A stretch of DNA of 64,000 nucleotides from Desulfatiglandales bacterium. GTDB lineage: Bacteria > Desulfobacterota > DSM-4660 > Desulfatiglandales > Desulfatiglandaceae. The notes below the pieces were generated by a model that saw only the letters and a list, made by a program, of their open reading frames with translations, ran no database searches and was not told where the DNA came from. Both the position numbers and the translations under genes were made by a program. Location: the NCBI GenBank assembly GCA_963662465.1, contig OY759599.1:3072001-3136000 (forward strand), read 5' to 3'. Below, in pieces: positions 1 through 9,878 of the stretch. How positions within the stretch are numbered: position 1 is the stretch's first letter; each line of letters opens with the position of its first letter.

Positions 1-1
1 C

Positions 2-268
2 CTATCCGTTCTCATAATATTCCATCTCCCTTCCGTTTGCCTTACGCAAGCTGATCACGCGGACATTATCCCCCCGCATGGTATAAATCATGACGTAAAC
101 CCGAATGCCGATTAATCCCAGCGCAACCCAGCGTTCCTCACCGTAGTCAGACCTGTCATCAAGGGTTTCAACAGCGGTATCCCAACAGAAGCCTTCTGCA
201 ATATTGAAATCAAGGCCATGTTGCACCCGGTTCGCTGCGTTCTTTCTTTCGTCCCATTCGTATTGCAT
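2..268 (-). CDS. brnT: BrnT family toxin (DUF497)
   Basis: Motifs MQYEWDERKNAAN..HGLDF, DYGEERW..LG and RVISLRKAN. An overlapping ATG at 15 probably starts the antitoxin, which runs off the window. Confidence 0.9.
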   Translation of the reverse strand: MQYEWDERKNAANRVQHGLDFNIAEGFCWDTAVETLDDRSDYGEERWVALGLIGIRVYVMIYTMRGDNVRVISLRKANGREMEYYENG

Positions 269-274
269 GATTTT

Positions 275-303
275 ACTGTAGTAACAAAACAACCAATTGT
301 CAA
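275..303 (-). promoter_or_regulatory. sigma70 promoter of brnT, probably leaderless
   Basis: TTGACA-17bp-TACAGT, ending 6 nt before the ATG at 268. Confidence 0.65.
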
Positions 304-394
304 ATTGATCCCCATGAAGAGGATATACGCCTGATGATCATCTTTTCCGTGGTCCTCAATACCCAACCGAGACAGGTTTCCAAATCCCAACTCA

Positions 395-2611
395 TCAGCA
401 GACCACCAGGTAAATGATTTCCCCCGTCCATTGAACCTGTTTTCCCATCAGTTTTTGGGTAATATACAAGCGGATTTGATCCACCTCATCCGGGGAAAGG
501 AAAGCGGTCAGTCTTTTCCTGTAACTGGCCCTCTGGGAGTTTTTTGCTGTCCCGCCCGTTTCCGGGAACCACCGGGAAAGAACAGCGTCCGTCACCAGAA
601 TTTCCATGGCGGTTCGTTCCGATTGAAAATGCTCAATGAAAAGCCCCGCTTGATCAAAGGCATGGGCAAAATCATCCCGGTTCCAATTCACCATTGGGTC
701 CTCTGCATCCTCATAGATGGTTTCCTCGGCGGCAATCCATTTCTCCACGAGCCCTTTATCCAATCCCCGGCGGTCCATAAGATTATAGATTCGCTGACCG
801 CACCGAGGGATTCCCTCCACCAGGGAAATCCTGCCTTCAGGCGCCAATAGTCGAACCACCCCGCCCACAACCCCGGCTTTGTCCCTTTCGGCCAGAAGCG
901 CATTGCGCCCCACTACCGCGTCAAAGCGCACCCCCCCCTGCCCTTTTGCCGAAACCAGTTTTTCGATTTCTTCCAGGGCGCCGCTCATGATCACGGGACG
1001 ATCCATTTCTTTCAGATTTGAAGCCTGCACACGCAACCCCGAGGCCGTTTTCTTATCTGCCACCAGGGCCCAGACACTCCCCTCCGGCGTACGCCTGACC
1101 GCCTCCCATGTCAACAGCCCAGTTCCGGAATTTAGATCCAATACATTGAAATGGCGCTCAATTTTCGCTGCCGCCAGTATCCGGTCGCGAATCTGCGCCA
1201 ATTGATGTCCACCCTGGTTCACGGCCCGTTGAAGCCATCGGTCCCGAGCCCGGTCCGCGGGCGAGAAGGTCAGCACTTCGGGCGCAGCAGTCAACCCTTC
1301 AACCATGGCAGCCAGTTGGCCTTCCCGACGTTGCGCAACTTCCACACGAATGCTTTTTTCATGGCCTTGATCCGACGGGTGGTAAAACACCTTGCCCTGA
1401 AGCCCATCCGGCAGATACTGCTGGGGGATCCAGTGATCCCGGTAGGCATGGGGATAGAGATACCCCTCTCCATGCCCGGATCCTTTCTTGTCTCGGCTTG
1501 CATCCTTCAGGTGGGAAGGGACCTCCGTTCGTCCTTCTGCTTCCACCGCACGAAGGGCATCGAAAAACGCCAGGATCGAATTGGATTTGGGGGCCGTGGC
1601 CAAATAAAGGGCGGCTTCAGCCAAATGATATCGACCTTCGGGCAATCCCACCCGGTCGAAGGCATCCGCGCAGGCTGTTACCACTCGAATGGCTTCAGGG
1701 TCGGCCATTCCCACGTCTTCACCGGCCAGGATAAGCATCCGCCGAAACATGAAACGGGGATCTTCTCCGGCATAGACCATCTTGGCCAGCCAGTAGAGGG
1801 CCGCATCCGGGTCGGAACCCCGCAAGGATTTGATAAAGGCGCTGATGGCATCGTAATGGGCGTCCCCATCCCGGTCGTACAGTACAGCGCGACGCTGGAT
1901 ACTTTCTTCCGCCACCGACATGCCCACCACAATGGTCCCCTCCTCATCGGGCGGAGTGGTTTCAACCGCCAGTTCCAGGGCGTTCAGAACGCTCCTGGCA
2001 TCGCCGTTGGCCACATGCACCAGGTGATCCAGGGCATCGGGTTCAAGTCGAACGGTTAAGCCGCCATATCCCCGTTCCGGGTCGGCCAGGGCCTGAAGCG
2101 CGACAGCGCGGAGATCTTCGTTATTCAGGGGTTCCAGACGGAAAATGCGACTGCGGCTCACCAGGGGCGGGTTAACGGAAAAATAGGGATTTTCAGTGGT
2201 GGCGCCCACAAGAATCACCGTGCCGTTTTCAACCCACGGCAACAGGGCGTCCTGCTGGGCCTTGTTCCACCGGTGAATTTCATCCACAAACAGAATTGTC
2301 CGCCGGTCATTTTTGTCCCATTGCTTTCGCGCGCCGGAAATGGCCTCCCGAAGGTCCTTGACCCCGGCCAGAACAGCGTTTAAGGGAATAAAACGACTGC
2401 GGGTGGTGTTGGCGATGACCATGGCCAGGGTGGTTTTTCCGGTTCCGGGAGGCCCGTGAAAGATGATGGAAGAAAGCTGGTCGGCCTGAATAGCCCGGCG
2501 CAACAATCGGCCCGGGGCCGCAATGTGCGCCTGGCCCAGGAATTCATCCAGATTTCTCGGGCGCATGCGTGCGGCCAGGGGGGAAGATCTTTGGGTATTT
2601 CGTTGATTCAT
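395..2611 (-). CDS. rarA: RarA/MgsA AAA+ ATPase fused to a C-terminal SAM-methyltransferase-like domain
   Basis: PLAARMRP, Walker A GPPGTGKT, FVDEIHR, SAFIKSLRGSD and YLYPH motifs. About 290 extra C-terminal residues contain VLDLNSGTG. Confidence 0.9.
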   Translation of the reverse strand: MNQRNTQRSSPLAARMRPRNLDEFLGQAHIAAPGRLLRRAIQADQLSSIIFHGPPGTGKTTLAMVIANTTRSRFIPLNAVLAGVKDLREAISGARKQWDKNDRRTILFVDEIHRWNKAQQDALLPWVENGTVILVGATTENPYFSVNPPLVSRSRIFRLEPLNNEDLRAVALQALADPERGYGGLTVRLEPDALDHLVHVANGDARSVLNALELAVETTPPDEEGTIVVGMSVAEESIQRRAVLYDRDGDAHYDAISAFIKSLRGSDPDAALYWLAKMVYAGEDPRFMFRRMLILAGEDVGMADPEAIRVVTACADAFDRVGLPEGRYHLAEAALYLATAPKSNSILAFFDALRAVEAEGRTEVPSHLKDASRDKKGSGHGEGYLYPHAYRDHWIPQQYLPDGLQGKVFYHPSDQGHEKSIRVEVAQRREGQLAAMVEGLTAAPEVLTFSPADRARDRWLQRAVNQGGHQLAQIRDRILAAAKIERHFNVLDLNSGTGLLTWEAVRRTPEGSVWALVADKKTASGLRVQASNLKEMDRPVIMSGALEEIEKLVSAKGQGGVRFDAVVGRNALLAERDKAGVVGGVVRLLAPEGRISLVEGIPRCGQRIYNLMDRRGLDKGLVEKWIAAEETIYEDAEDPMVNWNRDDFAHAFDQAGLFIEHFQSERTAMEILVTDAVLSRWFPETGGTAKNSQRASYRKRLTAFLSPDEVDQIRLYITQKLMGKQVQWTGEIIYLVVC

Positions 2612-3549
2612 ACGCCGATTTTTCCCGATGCCAGCACTGCCCCGTCGCCGCCCTCATTCTTGGCTTCGTACATGGCAAGGTCGGCTCTCATTTGAAATTT
2701 ATCGGCCTTTTCCCCCTCAGCGAGCTGCGCCAGACCGATACTCATGGTGACGGGCTGCAGCTTCTGCCCCATATAAGCCATTCTACGCGGCCACTGTTCG
2801 GCAAAAACCGCTCTGAAGCGATCCATAACAAGCCTGGCCTTTTCAAGATCCGTTTCCACCAACAAAATCGCGAACTCGTCGCCCCCGAGTCGAAAGGCAT
2901 TATCCGTGGATCTAAACACCGATGCAATACACTCCGCCACAAAGCGCAAGATGTTATCCCCCTCCTGATGCCCATAGGTATCATTAAAGGGTTTGAAATG
3001 GTCCAGATCAAAGGTGGCCAGGCTCAACGGTCTTTCATAACGAATAGAACGTCCCATTTCCTCCAGCAGGGTGGCATGAAAATGGCGTCGGTTATAGAGG
3101 TTTGTCAAACTGTCCGTAATGGAACGTTTTCGAAGCTCTTCCTCCATTTTTTTCGTCTCGGTCAAATCATGAAAAAATCCCACGCTTCCAATTTCAACAT
3201 CCTTTTCGTAAATCAATGCCGCCGAAAGGCGTATGGGGATCTTTCTGCCGCCATCACCTTTCACACACACTTCAAAGCCATCCAACCGGCCCGGCCCCCC
3301 ATATCCCTTACCATAAATTTTCTTCTTGATTTCCCGTGCTATTTCAGGAATATCATAAACCGCTTGAATGGACATCTTCCCGATCACATCTTCGGCGATA
3401 AACCCCGTCAATTTCTCAGCGGCCGTATTGAAGATGATCACGATGCCTTCACGATCGACGCCGATAATGCCATCGGGGCACGTCAAGACCAGTTTATCCA
3501 GAAAATCCTTGCTTGCCATCATGTCCGTCCCTTTTTGTTGAAATCCCAT
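2608..3549 (-). CDS. PAS-GGDEF diguanylate cyclase
   Basis: N-terminal PAS domain, DSLTNLYNRR, DLDHFK..NDTYGH, RLGGDEF. Confidence 0.9.
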   Translation of the reverse strand: MGFQQKGTDMMASKDFLDKLVLTCPDGIIGVDREGIVIIFNTAAEKLTGFIAEDVIGKMSIQAVYDIPEIAREIKKKIYGKGYGGPGRLDGFEVCVKGDGGRKIPIRLSAALIYEKDVEIGSVGFFHDLTETKKMEEELRKRSITDSLTNLYNRRHFHATLLEEMGRSIRYERPLSLATFDLDHFKPFNDTYGHQEGDNILRFVAECIASVFRSTDNAFRLGGDEFAILLVETDLEKARLVMDRFRAVFAEQWPRRMAYMGQKLQPVTMSIGLAQLAEGEKADKFQMRADLAMYEAKNEGGDGAVLASGKIGV

Positions 3550-3588
3550 AGATAACCACCTTTAAAAAAACTGCGTGAACAAAAAAGT

Positions 3589-5199
3589 TTAATCGTTTAC
3601 TGTTTTCACGGAGGGAAAAAGAGACCGGTCCGTGTGGGGCAGAAATTTCGCCGCGCTAAAAAGGTTCATAAACTCCTGGTTCACATTCAATTCCAGGTAG
3701 GTAATCCGATTCCGAATTTGAAAGAGGGACGATTGCACGTCCGTTCCCAGAAGAGCCATGGTCGCTCCCGCAAGAGAGGTATTGCCCAGAGAAACATAGG
3801 TATCCAGCGGCAGATCAGGTATCATTCCGATATTGATGGCAGACCGGGGATTAATATAAGAGCCGAAGGTGCCGGCCACGTAAAACCGTCCGATATCATC
3901 CAGAGGAAGGTTCACGGTTTTGGCAATGGTCGTCAAAATGGTATACATGGCAGCCTTGGATCGAATCAGGCCGTCAATGTCGATCTGGCTGAGGGTCAAC
4001 GCCTCACCGGTCCCGGACACATCCGCCGGCGCCACCACCAAATGCCTTACGCCATCGATCTCCCTTAACCGATCTCCGCACCGGTCCGGCACGAATTTTC
4101 CCCGCAAATCAATCATACCCGTCAGGAAAAGCTGGCTCGCCAGATCGATGAGGCCGGAACCGCAGATGCCGAGGGGGCCATTGTTTTCAGCGGCGCCGTT
4201 AACATTCCGGCCCGGAATGGTCATGATGGTGAAAGCAAGGGTCTCAGGGTCAATCACCACACTGTCAATCACCCCGGGAGCGGCCATCATGCCCATGCCG
4301 GCCACGCCGCCCTCCAGGGCCGGTCCGGCGGCGCCGGCGCAGGCCATGAGCCAGTCCCGGTTGCCAATCACCACTTCCGCATTGGTGCCCACATCCACCA
4401 GGAATGCAACGTCCTCCTGCTCCGTCATTCTCGACGAAAGGATCCCCGCGATCAAATCACCGCCGAAATAGCTCCCCACATTGGGAAAAACCAGCACCGG
4501 GGCTTCAGGGTTGATCTCAAGGCCCAGTTCCCCGGCTTTCACGAGATCCGGCCGGTTTACCACCGGAATATAGGGTTCCCGGCAAATCCAATGGGGGTCC
4601 AGCCCCAGAAACAGGTGGGTCATGGTGGTATTGCCGGCCAGGGACATGCCCACGATGGATTTTCGGGTGATGCCGTTTTGATTCACCAACTCCCCGATTT
4701 TAACGTTAAGCATATCCAGCACCAGAGCCTGGAGCTTTTTGAGCCCCCCCTCACGCCCGGCATAGTGAATTCGGGTGAGAATATCCGCTCCGATCTCAAT
4801 CTGAGGATTGTTAAAGGAAATTTCATCCAGTGTTTCTCCCGTCGTCAAGTCCACCAACCGCAACACCAGCGTTGAGCTTCCCAGATCCAGGGCCAGACCG
4901 TGAATCACCGGCGCTTTTGTGCCATCAAATACATCGATCAGCCGCCGGCAATCCCCATCTCGATAAACCGCACATCCCACACGATAGTCATAGGCCCTGA
5001 GGTCCCGGCTCAAGTGCTTCACCAGGGAAAAATCAACCCGAACATCTTTCCCATCGAGCCCCTGTCGCAATCCCTTGACCAATCGATCTACATCCGCCGT
5101 GTTATCCCCGAGACTCGGGGGGACCAGTTCGGGAGTTATGAGTTTGATCCATGCGTTGTCTTGCGCCGTTTTTTCCATTTCCATTTCTTTTATTTTCAT
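3589..5199 (-). CDS. ASKHA/RACo (DUF4445) reductive activator of corrinoid proteins
   Basis: [27 protein letters not shown] and AGTFG motifs. No N-terminal 2Fe-2S cysteine motif. Confidence 0.85.
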   Translation of the reverse strand: MKIKEMEMEKTAQDNAWIKLITPELVPPSLGDNTADVDRLVKGLRQGLDGKDVRVDFSLVKHLSRDLRAYDYRVGCAVYRDGDCRRLIDVFDGTKAPVIHGLALDLGSSTLVLRLVDLTTGETLDEISFNNPQIEIGADILTRIHYAGREGGLKKLQALVLDMLNVKIGELVNQNGITRKSIVGMSLAGNTTMTHLFLGLDPHWICREPYIPVVNRPDLVKAGELGLEINPEAPVLVFPNVGSYFGGDLIAGILSSRMTEQEDVAFLVDVGTNAEVVIGNRDWLMACAGAAGPALEGGVAGMGMMAAPGVIDSVVIDPETLAFTIMTIPGRNVNGAAENNGPLGICGSGLIDLASQLFLTGMIDLRGKFVPDRCGDRLREIDGVRHLVVAPADVSGTGEALTLSQIDIDGLIRSKAAMYTILTTIAKTVNLPLDDIGRFYVAGTFGSYINPRSAINIGMIPDLPLDTYVSLGNTSLAGATMALLGTDVQSSLFQIRNRITYLELNVNQEFMNLFSAAKFLPHTDRSLFPSVKTVND

Positions 5200-5612
5200 T
5201 CTCCGATAATTTTGACCAGTACGCGTTTCCTTCGCCGTCCATCAAACTCCCCATAGAAAATCCGTTCCCAGGTGCCAAAATCCAGGTTTCCATCGGTGAC
5301 GGCCACCACCACTTCCCTGCCCATGACCTGCCGCTTCATGTGGGCGTCGGCATTGTCTTCACCCACATTGTGCCGGTACTGGGAGACCGGCGCGTGGGGC
5401 GCCAGTTTTTCCAGCCACACCTCATAATCATGATGCAGACCCGATTCATCGTCGTTGATGAAAACCGAGGCCGTAATATGCATGGCATTAACCAGAACCA
5501 ATCCTTCCTTGATCCCACTTTCTGCCAGACATTCTTCCACCCGCGGCGTAATGTTGATAAAGGCCCGCCGGGTGGGAACCTCGAACCACAACTCTTTTCG
5601 ATAGCTTTTCAT
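5196..5612 (-). CDS. yjbQ: YjbQ/UPF0047 family protein
   Basis: [42 protein letters not shown] upstream of the ATG at 5612. Confidence 0.9.
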   Translation of the reverse strand: MKSYRKELWFEVPTRRAFINITPRVEECLAESGIKEGLVLVNAMHITASVFINDDESGLHHDYEVWLEKLAPHAPVSQYRHNVGEDNADAHMKRQVMGREVVVAVTDGNLDFGTWERIFYGEFDGRRRKRVLVKIIGE

Positions 5613-5834
5613 GACAATTAGGACTCCCCCTTTCATTCCTTGCAACACACCGGCAACAAGGAACCAAAATATGAAAAAAAAATCAATACCAAATATCCAC
5701 AAACCCAGGCAAGGTAAAAGGATGGCGCATCAGAAATTGGAATGTTTCATGGCTATCCGGATGTTGCACAGATGGAAGGTTTACTGGAACTTGGGGTGGT
5801 GGTCACAAGTGGCGTATTTCATACATTCCTTTGC

Positions 5835-6137
5835 TTAAATGGGATCCGGTTCCCCTTTTATTCGCCAAGCCTCCGGCGGTAGGAAAGTGACTTTAAGGCC
5901 GAAGGGCGAAGCGAGTTTTTCCAGCGTCGCCAGGGTCGGGTTACCTGAACCGTTTTCGAATTGGGACAGTATCCGAGGGGAAATGCCGGCGACTTTTCGG
6001 GCATAATCCTTCTGGCTCATTCCAAGAATTTTACGCATCCGCCGTGTCGCTTCCCGCACATCGGTTTCGCCTCGGGCAAGACCCATGTAAAGCGCCTCTT
6101 TCATTCGGGCCATTTCAGCGGGGGTAAATCGTTTCAT
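5835..6137 (-). CDS. XRE-family HTH protein, putative HipA antitoxin
   Basis: LGMSQKDYA..ISPRILSQFENGSGNPTL HTH. Its start overlaps the hipA stop (ATGA). Confidence 0.85.
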   Translation of the reverse strand: MKRFTPAEMARMKEALYMGLARGETDVREATRRMRKILGMSQKDYARKVAGISPRILSQFENGSGNPTLATLEKLASPFGLKVTFLPPEAWRIKGEPDPI

Positions 6138-7435
6138 GGAACGCTCCTCCATGTACACGGCCGGGCTTCTTCAAGACCTGCCGCCACCTCTCCAATCCAG
6201 CCCGCGAGTCTCTGAATGATGTCGTCATCCACATGCTCACATTCCATGACGTCGGGCAATCGTAGGATTTCCTTGCTCAAATCCGCCAACCAGTTTCTGG
6301 TTTCGCTGGGAGGGATAAGATTTTCGAATTTTTCGCAAATGATCCCCCACTCCGGTTGGCTGCCGGGCCGCTCATCCTCCCATCGGCTGACACGGCCGAT
6401 GCCCTCAGGGTCCAGAAACATGGGCGCGAAATCGAAAAGCGGCGAAAGACTCACGTGGGTCCCTGTTCTCAGAATAGCAGCATTCCGTCCATGGTTGTCG
6501 GTGTTGCGCAGGGCCAGGTTAAGAATGTCGCGCAAAATGTATTCCCGCAATTCCCGGGCGGGATTGGAGGCAATCCGCACCAGGGCACGACAATAGACGT
6601 CGTGATGTACCGCGGCGCCGAACCCCGGAATATCGGCCACGGCATACAAGCTGTTCATCCCCAGACGTTCAACGCGCCCATTCGAGACCCTCCGGTCAAA
6701 TCGCGGTACAAACAACACGCCTTCTTCATAAACAAGCGGCTCCCCGGTACGGATGCCGAAATCCCTGGCAACTTCCAGGTAGGCGGCTTCATTGCGCAGC
6801 ACCTGTTGATTTCGCTCGTCTGTACGGCGACCCCGTGGAAATTTTACCAGCCAGAATTTATGGGCTTTTTCGTCGGGCAAGACGCCCTCCGCATGAAAGA
6901 GCCCGGCATGATCCTCCACGAGAAGGTACTTTGGCGCTTCTCCCTGTACACTGGAAGCCCCTGCCACGTAGGCGCCGCGTTCCTCTGCGTAATCCAGGAA
7001 TCGTTCGCCCTGTTCGATGATGTCCCCGCGGGGAAACCCCAACCTGAAGTGGTCAGGCGGGGGTGATGGAACCGCTTCCGCGATCCTGAGGTTGCCCGGG
7101 GGAGTACCTGCGCCCTTTAAAAGCAACTGCCAATCCATTTGCGGACCATCTCTTTCAACCTGCAAGCGCCTGAGCCATGCGGCCCGACCTGCGCCTCCCG
7201 GCAGTAGATCCACGAGCACCGGCGGCCATTTATCATACGAGAACAATTCAAAACCGACCGTAAGCCCGGGGACAAGTTCCGCGGCACTGTCGCCCAGGTA
7301 CTTCACGGCGTAATCGATGTCGTATTGCAGCCAGCCACGGCCACCGATTCCCAGATCCAGAGCCCGACTATCGGGTTCAAAAACCGCGGCCGTTATCCAG
7401 CGGCCATCCATAAATATTTCGATGTGACAGTTCAT
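6134..7435 (-). CDS. hipA: HipA-family kinase toxin
   Basis: SVQGEAPK, LVKF, FVPRFDR, catalytic NTDNHGRN and LSPLFDFAP. Confidence 0.9.
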   Translation of the reverse strand: MNCHIEIFMDGRWITAAVFEPDSRALDLGIGGRGWLQYDIDYAVKYLGDSAAELVPGLTVGFELFSYDKWPPVLVDLLPGGAGRAAWLRRLQVERDGPQMDWQLLLKGAGTPPGNLRIAEAVPSPPPDHFRLGFPRGDIIEQGERFLDYAEERGAYVAGASSVQGEAPKYLLVEDHAGLFHAEGVLPDEKAHKFWLVKFPRGRRTDERNQQVLRNEAAYLEVARDFGIRTGEPLVYEEGVLFVPRFDRRVSNGRVERLGMNSLYAVADIPGFGAAVHHDVYCRALVRIASNPARELREYILRDILNLALRNTDNHGRNAAILRTGTHVSLSPLFDFAPMFLDPEGIGRVSRWEDERPGSQPEWGIICEKFENLIPPSETRNWLADLSKEILRLPDVMECEHVDDDIIQRLAGWIGEVAAGLEEARPCTWRSVP

Positions 7436-7541
7436 TTAAGTGGTCTAAACCGCACCGAGAGGAGTAAAATAATTCACTTTAGTGGTCTTAGGATAATATT
7501 TGAAACGGGCGTTTGTCAAGAATTATTCACTATAGTGATCC
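7431..7541 (-). promoter_or_regulatory. hipA promoter with three repeated operator-like boxes
   Basis: TTGACA (7514-7519), 18 bp, TATCCT. Boxes TTCATTTAAGTGGTCT (7431), TTCACTTTAGTGGTCT (7473) and TTCACTATAGTGATCC (7526). Confidence 0.65.
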
Positions 7542-7705
7542 AAATAAAGACCCGCTAAGGAAGAAAAATCCCAGACGACGCGATTGGCCAAAGCGCTCGC
7601 ACAATTCGCCGGATTTCACGTTAATCTGAGATGAGCCACTATTGTTCCCAGACTATCCAGTGACCGCCCCCGCCAGTTCTTGCTTCGGGGGCTGTTCCGG
7701 TTTTA

Positions 7706-8083
7706 CTATGCTTTGAGTATGTTTACATCATATCCGGCTATTGATTCATCCCGAGTCAGCAACACCAGTTTTTCTATAATGGCCTGTGCAATAAGCATCC
7801 GATCAAAGGGATCTTTGTGAATATAGGGTAGTTGTCCCGCAAGTTGCGCATGATCTGCATTGATATGGAGCGGGGTAAATCTATGCACTCTGATTTCTTC
7901 CAACAGGTTGTCCGGGGCCTCCAGCTTTCCAAGTTTCTGTTTAATGCTTATTTCCCAAACCGAGGCAGAACTGACAAAAACCATATTGTTGCCATCAACA
8001 ATGGCATTTACAGCACGCTCAGTCAGCGTGGGATTATTTTCCAACGCCCATATTAATACATGGGTATCAAGCAGAATATTCAT
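7706..8083 (-). CDS. vapC: VapC (PIN domain) toxin
   Basis: LLDTHVLIW, SASVWEI and HKDPFDRMLIAQA. Confidence 0.92.
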   Translation of the reverse strand: MNILLDTHVLIWALENNPTLTERAVNAIVDGNNMVFVSSASVWEISIKQKLGKLEAPDNLLEEIRVHRFTPLHINADHAQLAGQLPYIHKDPFDRMLIAQAIIEKLVLLTRDESIAGYDVNILKA

Positions 8084-8340
8084 GATTCATCCGGAAAAAT
8101 AGATGAATTGTAAAAACTGTCTTCAATCTCCTGATCAACGTCATCAAAGTCTGAGCTAATTTTGACCTTCCCTTCCCAGCTTCCACCAAGTTGACGGGGA
8201 GAATTATTTTCCTTAAAAGCGGAAAGAATCGCCACAGGTTTCCCTGCCTTACCGATTATGATAGGCTCATCCGTTTCCTGAACTGTTTTTATCAGAAAAG
8301 ACAAATTGGCCTTTGCTTCTGAAATATTGGTTATTTGCAT
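8080..8340 (-). CDS. Phd/YefM family antitoxin
   Basis: NISEAKANLS..IIIGKAGKPVA. Overlaps the vapC start by 4 bp. Confidence 0.88.
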   Translation of the reverse strand: MQITNISEAKANLSFLIKTVQETDEPIIIGKAGKPVAILSAFKENNSPRQLGGSWEGKVKISSDFDDVDQEIEDSFYNSSIFPDES

Positions 8341-8384
8341 AACAGACTCCTTTGAGTATTCATAAACCATTATCACCTCATAGT

Positions 8385-8413
8385 AGTCTAGTCAGGTCTG
8401 GTCTGATTGTCAA
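8385..8413 (-). promoter_or_regulatory. sigma70 promoter of the phd-vapC operon with short AGAC/TGAC repeats
   Basis: TTGACA-17bp-TAGACT, with repeated GTCT/GTCA units across the spacer. Confidence 0.6.
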
Positions 8414-8581
8414 TGGTAAGTACCCAGATCACATTTAGGGCATTGTCTGATATTTATACCGGTTGATCACTGCCAAATATCCATAAAGCCCATAAAACCT
8501 GAAGGGTCAAAACACGCAAGAAAGTCCCTTGACCCCGATAATGCCATGCATTAATGTAATTGACAGTCAATTTAAGTTTAA

Positions 8582-8596
8582 GAGCCTGTTTAAAAA
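8582..8596 (+). repeat. IS/MITE-like terminal repeat GAGCCTGTTTAAAAA (left copy)
   Basis: Perfect inverse of 14896-14910 and preceded by TAA. Confidence 0.6.
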
Positions 8597-8653
8597 ATTA
8601 TCTCGTCGCGAGGTTGAGCGAAGATTTTCGAGGGCAAGGTAAAAGGGAAAGTT

Positions 8654-9103
8654 ATGGACGATTATGAACAATATGAAGTCGATTGTGAGAAAATCCGGAA
8701 AATTAACGAAAAATTATTGCAAAACTTCGAGACTTGGTTAAAAGCATCGAAACTAAAGGAAAAAACGATAAGTAACCATATCGAGAACGTTGATTTTTAT
8801 ATCAATGAATTTCTCCTGTATGAAGATGCCGTGGAAGCGAAAGATGGCGCATCGGACATTGGAATGTTTTTGGGATACTGGTTTATCAAAAAAGCAATGT
8901 GGGCCAGTCCTGCGCATATCAAAAGTAATGCCGCAAGTTTGAAAAAGTTCTACACGTTTCTCTTTGAAAATGAACAGATCGACAAAGAAGATCTTGACGA
9001 TTTAAAAGCAAGCATTAAAGAGGACATGCCGGAATGGATCGCAACAGTAAAGCGTTACGATGATCCATCAATTAATGATATGGAAGAAGTTTGGGGATTA
9101 TAA
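8654..9103 (+). CDS. Acidic helical hypothetical protein, resembling an integrase N-terminal (SAM-like) domain
   Basis: FETWLK..LKEKTI..H and SLKKFYTFL patterns. No catalytic domain. Confidence 0.6.
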   Translation: MDDYEQYEVDCEKIRKINEKLLQNFETWLKASKLKEKTISNHIENVDFYINEFLLYEDAVEAKDGASDIGMFLGYWFIKKAMWASPAHIKSNAASLKKFYTFLFENEQIDKEDLDDLKASIKEDMPEWIATVKRYDDPSINDMEEVWGL

Positions 9104-9166
9104 AACGCTCCTAACCCACCCCATTAAAGTTTCACAGTTTTCATCAAAACATGTACCCATAAAAAA

Positions 9167-9757
9167 ATGAGGGAAATTTTGGCAAAGTGTTCAGCATGCA
9201 AATCAAAAAAAGGTAAGCGGAAATGTCAACTTGTGGAAGGAATGATTTGTAGCCTATGTTGTGGTCAAATAAGGGATAAAGAAAAGTGTAAAGGATGTGT
9301 ATACTATAAAGAGACAGTTCCAAAAAAAAATTATAATGAAATACCAAAATATTCAACACGGGAAATGGAGGCTAACCTTCAATTGCAGGAATATTCAAAC
9401 GCCGTTGAAGGGGGTTTGTGTGCGTTTGATAACGAAACAGGAAACCAAATTAAAGATGATGTAGCCATTAGAATTCTGGAGTCTCTGCTTGATAAATATT
9501 ACTTCAAAGAGGAAATTTTAGAATTTTCGGATAGCATCATAGAGCAAGGATTTAACAAACTAAATAGTGTCATAGAAACTGATTTGAGGAAAGTTTCTGA
9601 GGAAGAAATAATAAAGATATTGGCCGTAATCCGATTTGTCGCCAAAAGAAGAAGTCGGGGAGGAAGAGACTATTTTTCAATCATCCATAATTATGTCGGC
9701 GAAAGAGTTGGGGAAGGAATGAGAATATTACCAAAAAGTTTTTTTGATCATCACTAA
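9167..9757 (+). CDS. Hypothetical protein with a Cys-rich N-terminus
   Basis: CSAC..C..CSLCC..CKGC motif. AT-rich 196-aa ORF. Confidence 0.7.
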   Translation: MREILAKCSACKSKKGKRKCQLVEGMICSLCCGQIRDKEKCKGCVYYKETVPKKNYNEIPKYSTREMEANLQLQEYSNAVEGGLCAFDNETGNQIKDDVAIRILESLLDKYYFKEEILEFSDSIIEQGFNKLNSVIETDLRKVSEEEIIKILAVIRFVAKRRSRGGRDYFSIIHNYVGERVGEGMRILPKSFFDHH

Positions 9758-9878
9758 TGATGATCCGTCAATAACAGATATGGGATGCAAGAGGCTATCA
9801 GAAAACCATTCCGGATCCCAAGGGCTTGTTTGATCAGTTTGATGATGACCTCGATCAGAAATACATAAGGAGTAAAAT

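Noticed and set aside
8654..9103. Functional integrase
   Set aside because: It is 149 aa with no R-H-R-Y or serine-recombinase catalytic motifs.
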